This document shows, in pieces, positions 63,666 to 64,000 of a DNA stretch of 64,000 bases. Source of the stretch: Octopus bimaculoides (taxonomy: Eukaryota); assembly GCF_001194135.2 (NCBI RefSeq), contig NC_068984.1, positions 69,664,729 to 69,728,728 on the forward strand. The letters are read 5' to 3'. Numbering within the stretch: position 1 is the first letter of the stretch; every line of letters begins with the position of its first letter. A model generated the notes under the pieces. It saw only the letters and a program-made list of their open reading frames with translations, had not been told where the DNA came from and made no database searches. Both the position numbers and the translations under genes were made by a program.

Positions 63666-64000
63666 GGAGACGCAATGGCCCAGTGGTTAGGGCAGCAGAC
63701 TAGCGGTCATAGGATCGCGGTTTCAATTCCCAGACCGGGCGTTGTGAGTGTTTATTGAACGAAAACACCTAAAGTTCCACGAGGCTCCGGCAGGGGATGG
63801 TGGTGAACCCTGCTGTACTCTTTCACCACAACTTTCTCTCACTCTTACTTCCTGTTTCTGTTGTGCCTGTAATTCAAAGGGTCAGTCTTGTCACACTGTG
63901 TCACGCTGAATATCCCCGAGAACTACGTTAAATGTACACGTGTCTGTGGAGTGCTCAGCCACTTGCACGTTAATTTCACGAGAAGGCTGTTCTGTTGATC
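63666..64000 (+). mobile_element. SINE family C, cut by window edge
   Basis: ggagacgcaatggcccagtggttagggcagc..ggtttcaattcccagaccgggcgttgtgag. Confidence 0.9.

Noticed and set aside
1-64000. Prokaryote-type novel system (operon, CRISPR, defence or retron locus) or horizontally acquired gene
   Set aside because: No long intact ORFs, operon structure or compositional island; all RT and nuclease motifs belong to ordinary eukaryotic transposon clades and are disrupted.

Overview
AT-rich eukaryotic genomic DNA from a short-read assembly, with seven N-gaps, six of them abutting (TA)n, (GA)n or (GATA)n-type tracts. I recognise the recurring tRNA-derived SINE families and RTE 3' tails as octopus (coleoid cephalopod) repeats. 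This is from memory, not a database search. No intact protein-coding gene is recognisable. Every ORF with a recognisable protein motif is a decayed transposon remnant: five RTE-clade LINE pieces, a near-complete R4/Dong-clade LINE (RT plus restriction-like endonuclease) ending in (TAA)n, two Penelope GIY-YIG fragments, a deleted Helitron, a maT-like Tc1/mariner with both TIRs, a mariner fragment, two MITEs and two related solo-LTR-like elements. Also present are about 30 SINE or tail copies, a tRNA-Glu(TTC) pseudogene, a 560-bp foldback element with ~150-bp inverted arms in (TA)n, and a degenerate hammerhead-like motif. The window is probably intronic or intergenic. A few isolated exon-like segments and one CpG-rich promoter-like patch are reported at low confidence. 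I found no convincing new multi-gene system. The most interesting items concern transposon architecture. Most repeat boundaries are approximate. SINE-A/B/C/D and family E are my own working labels.
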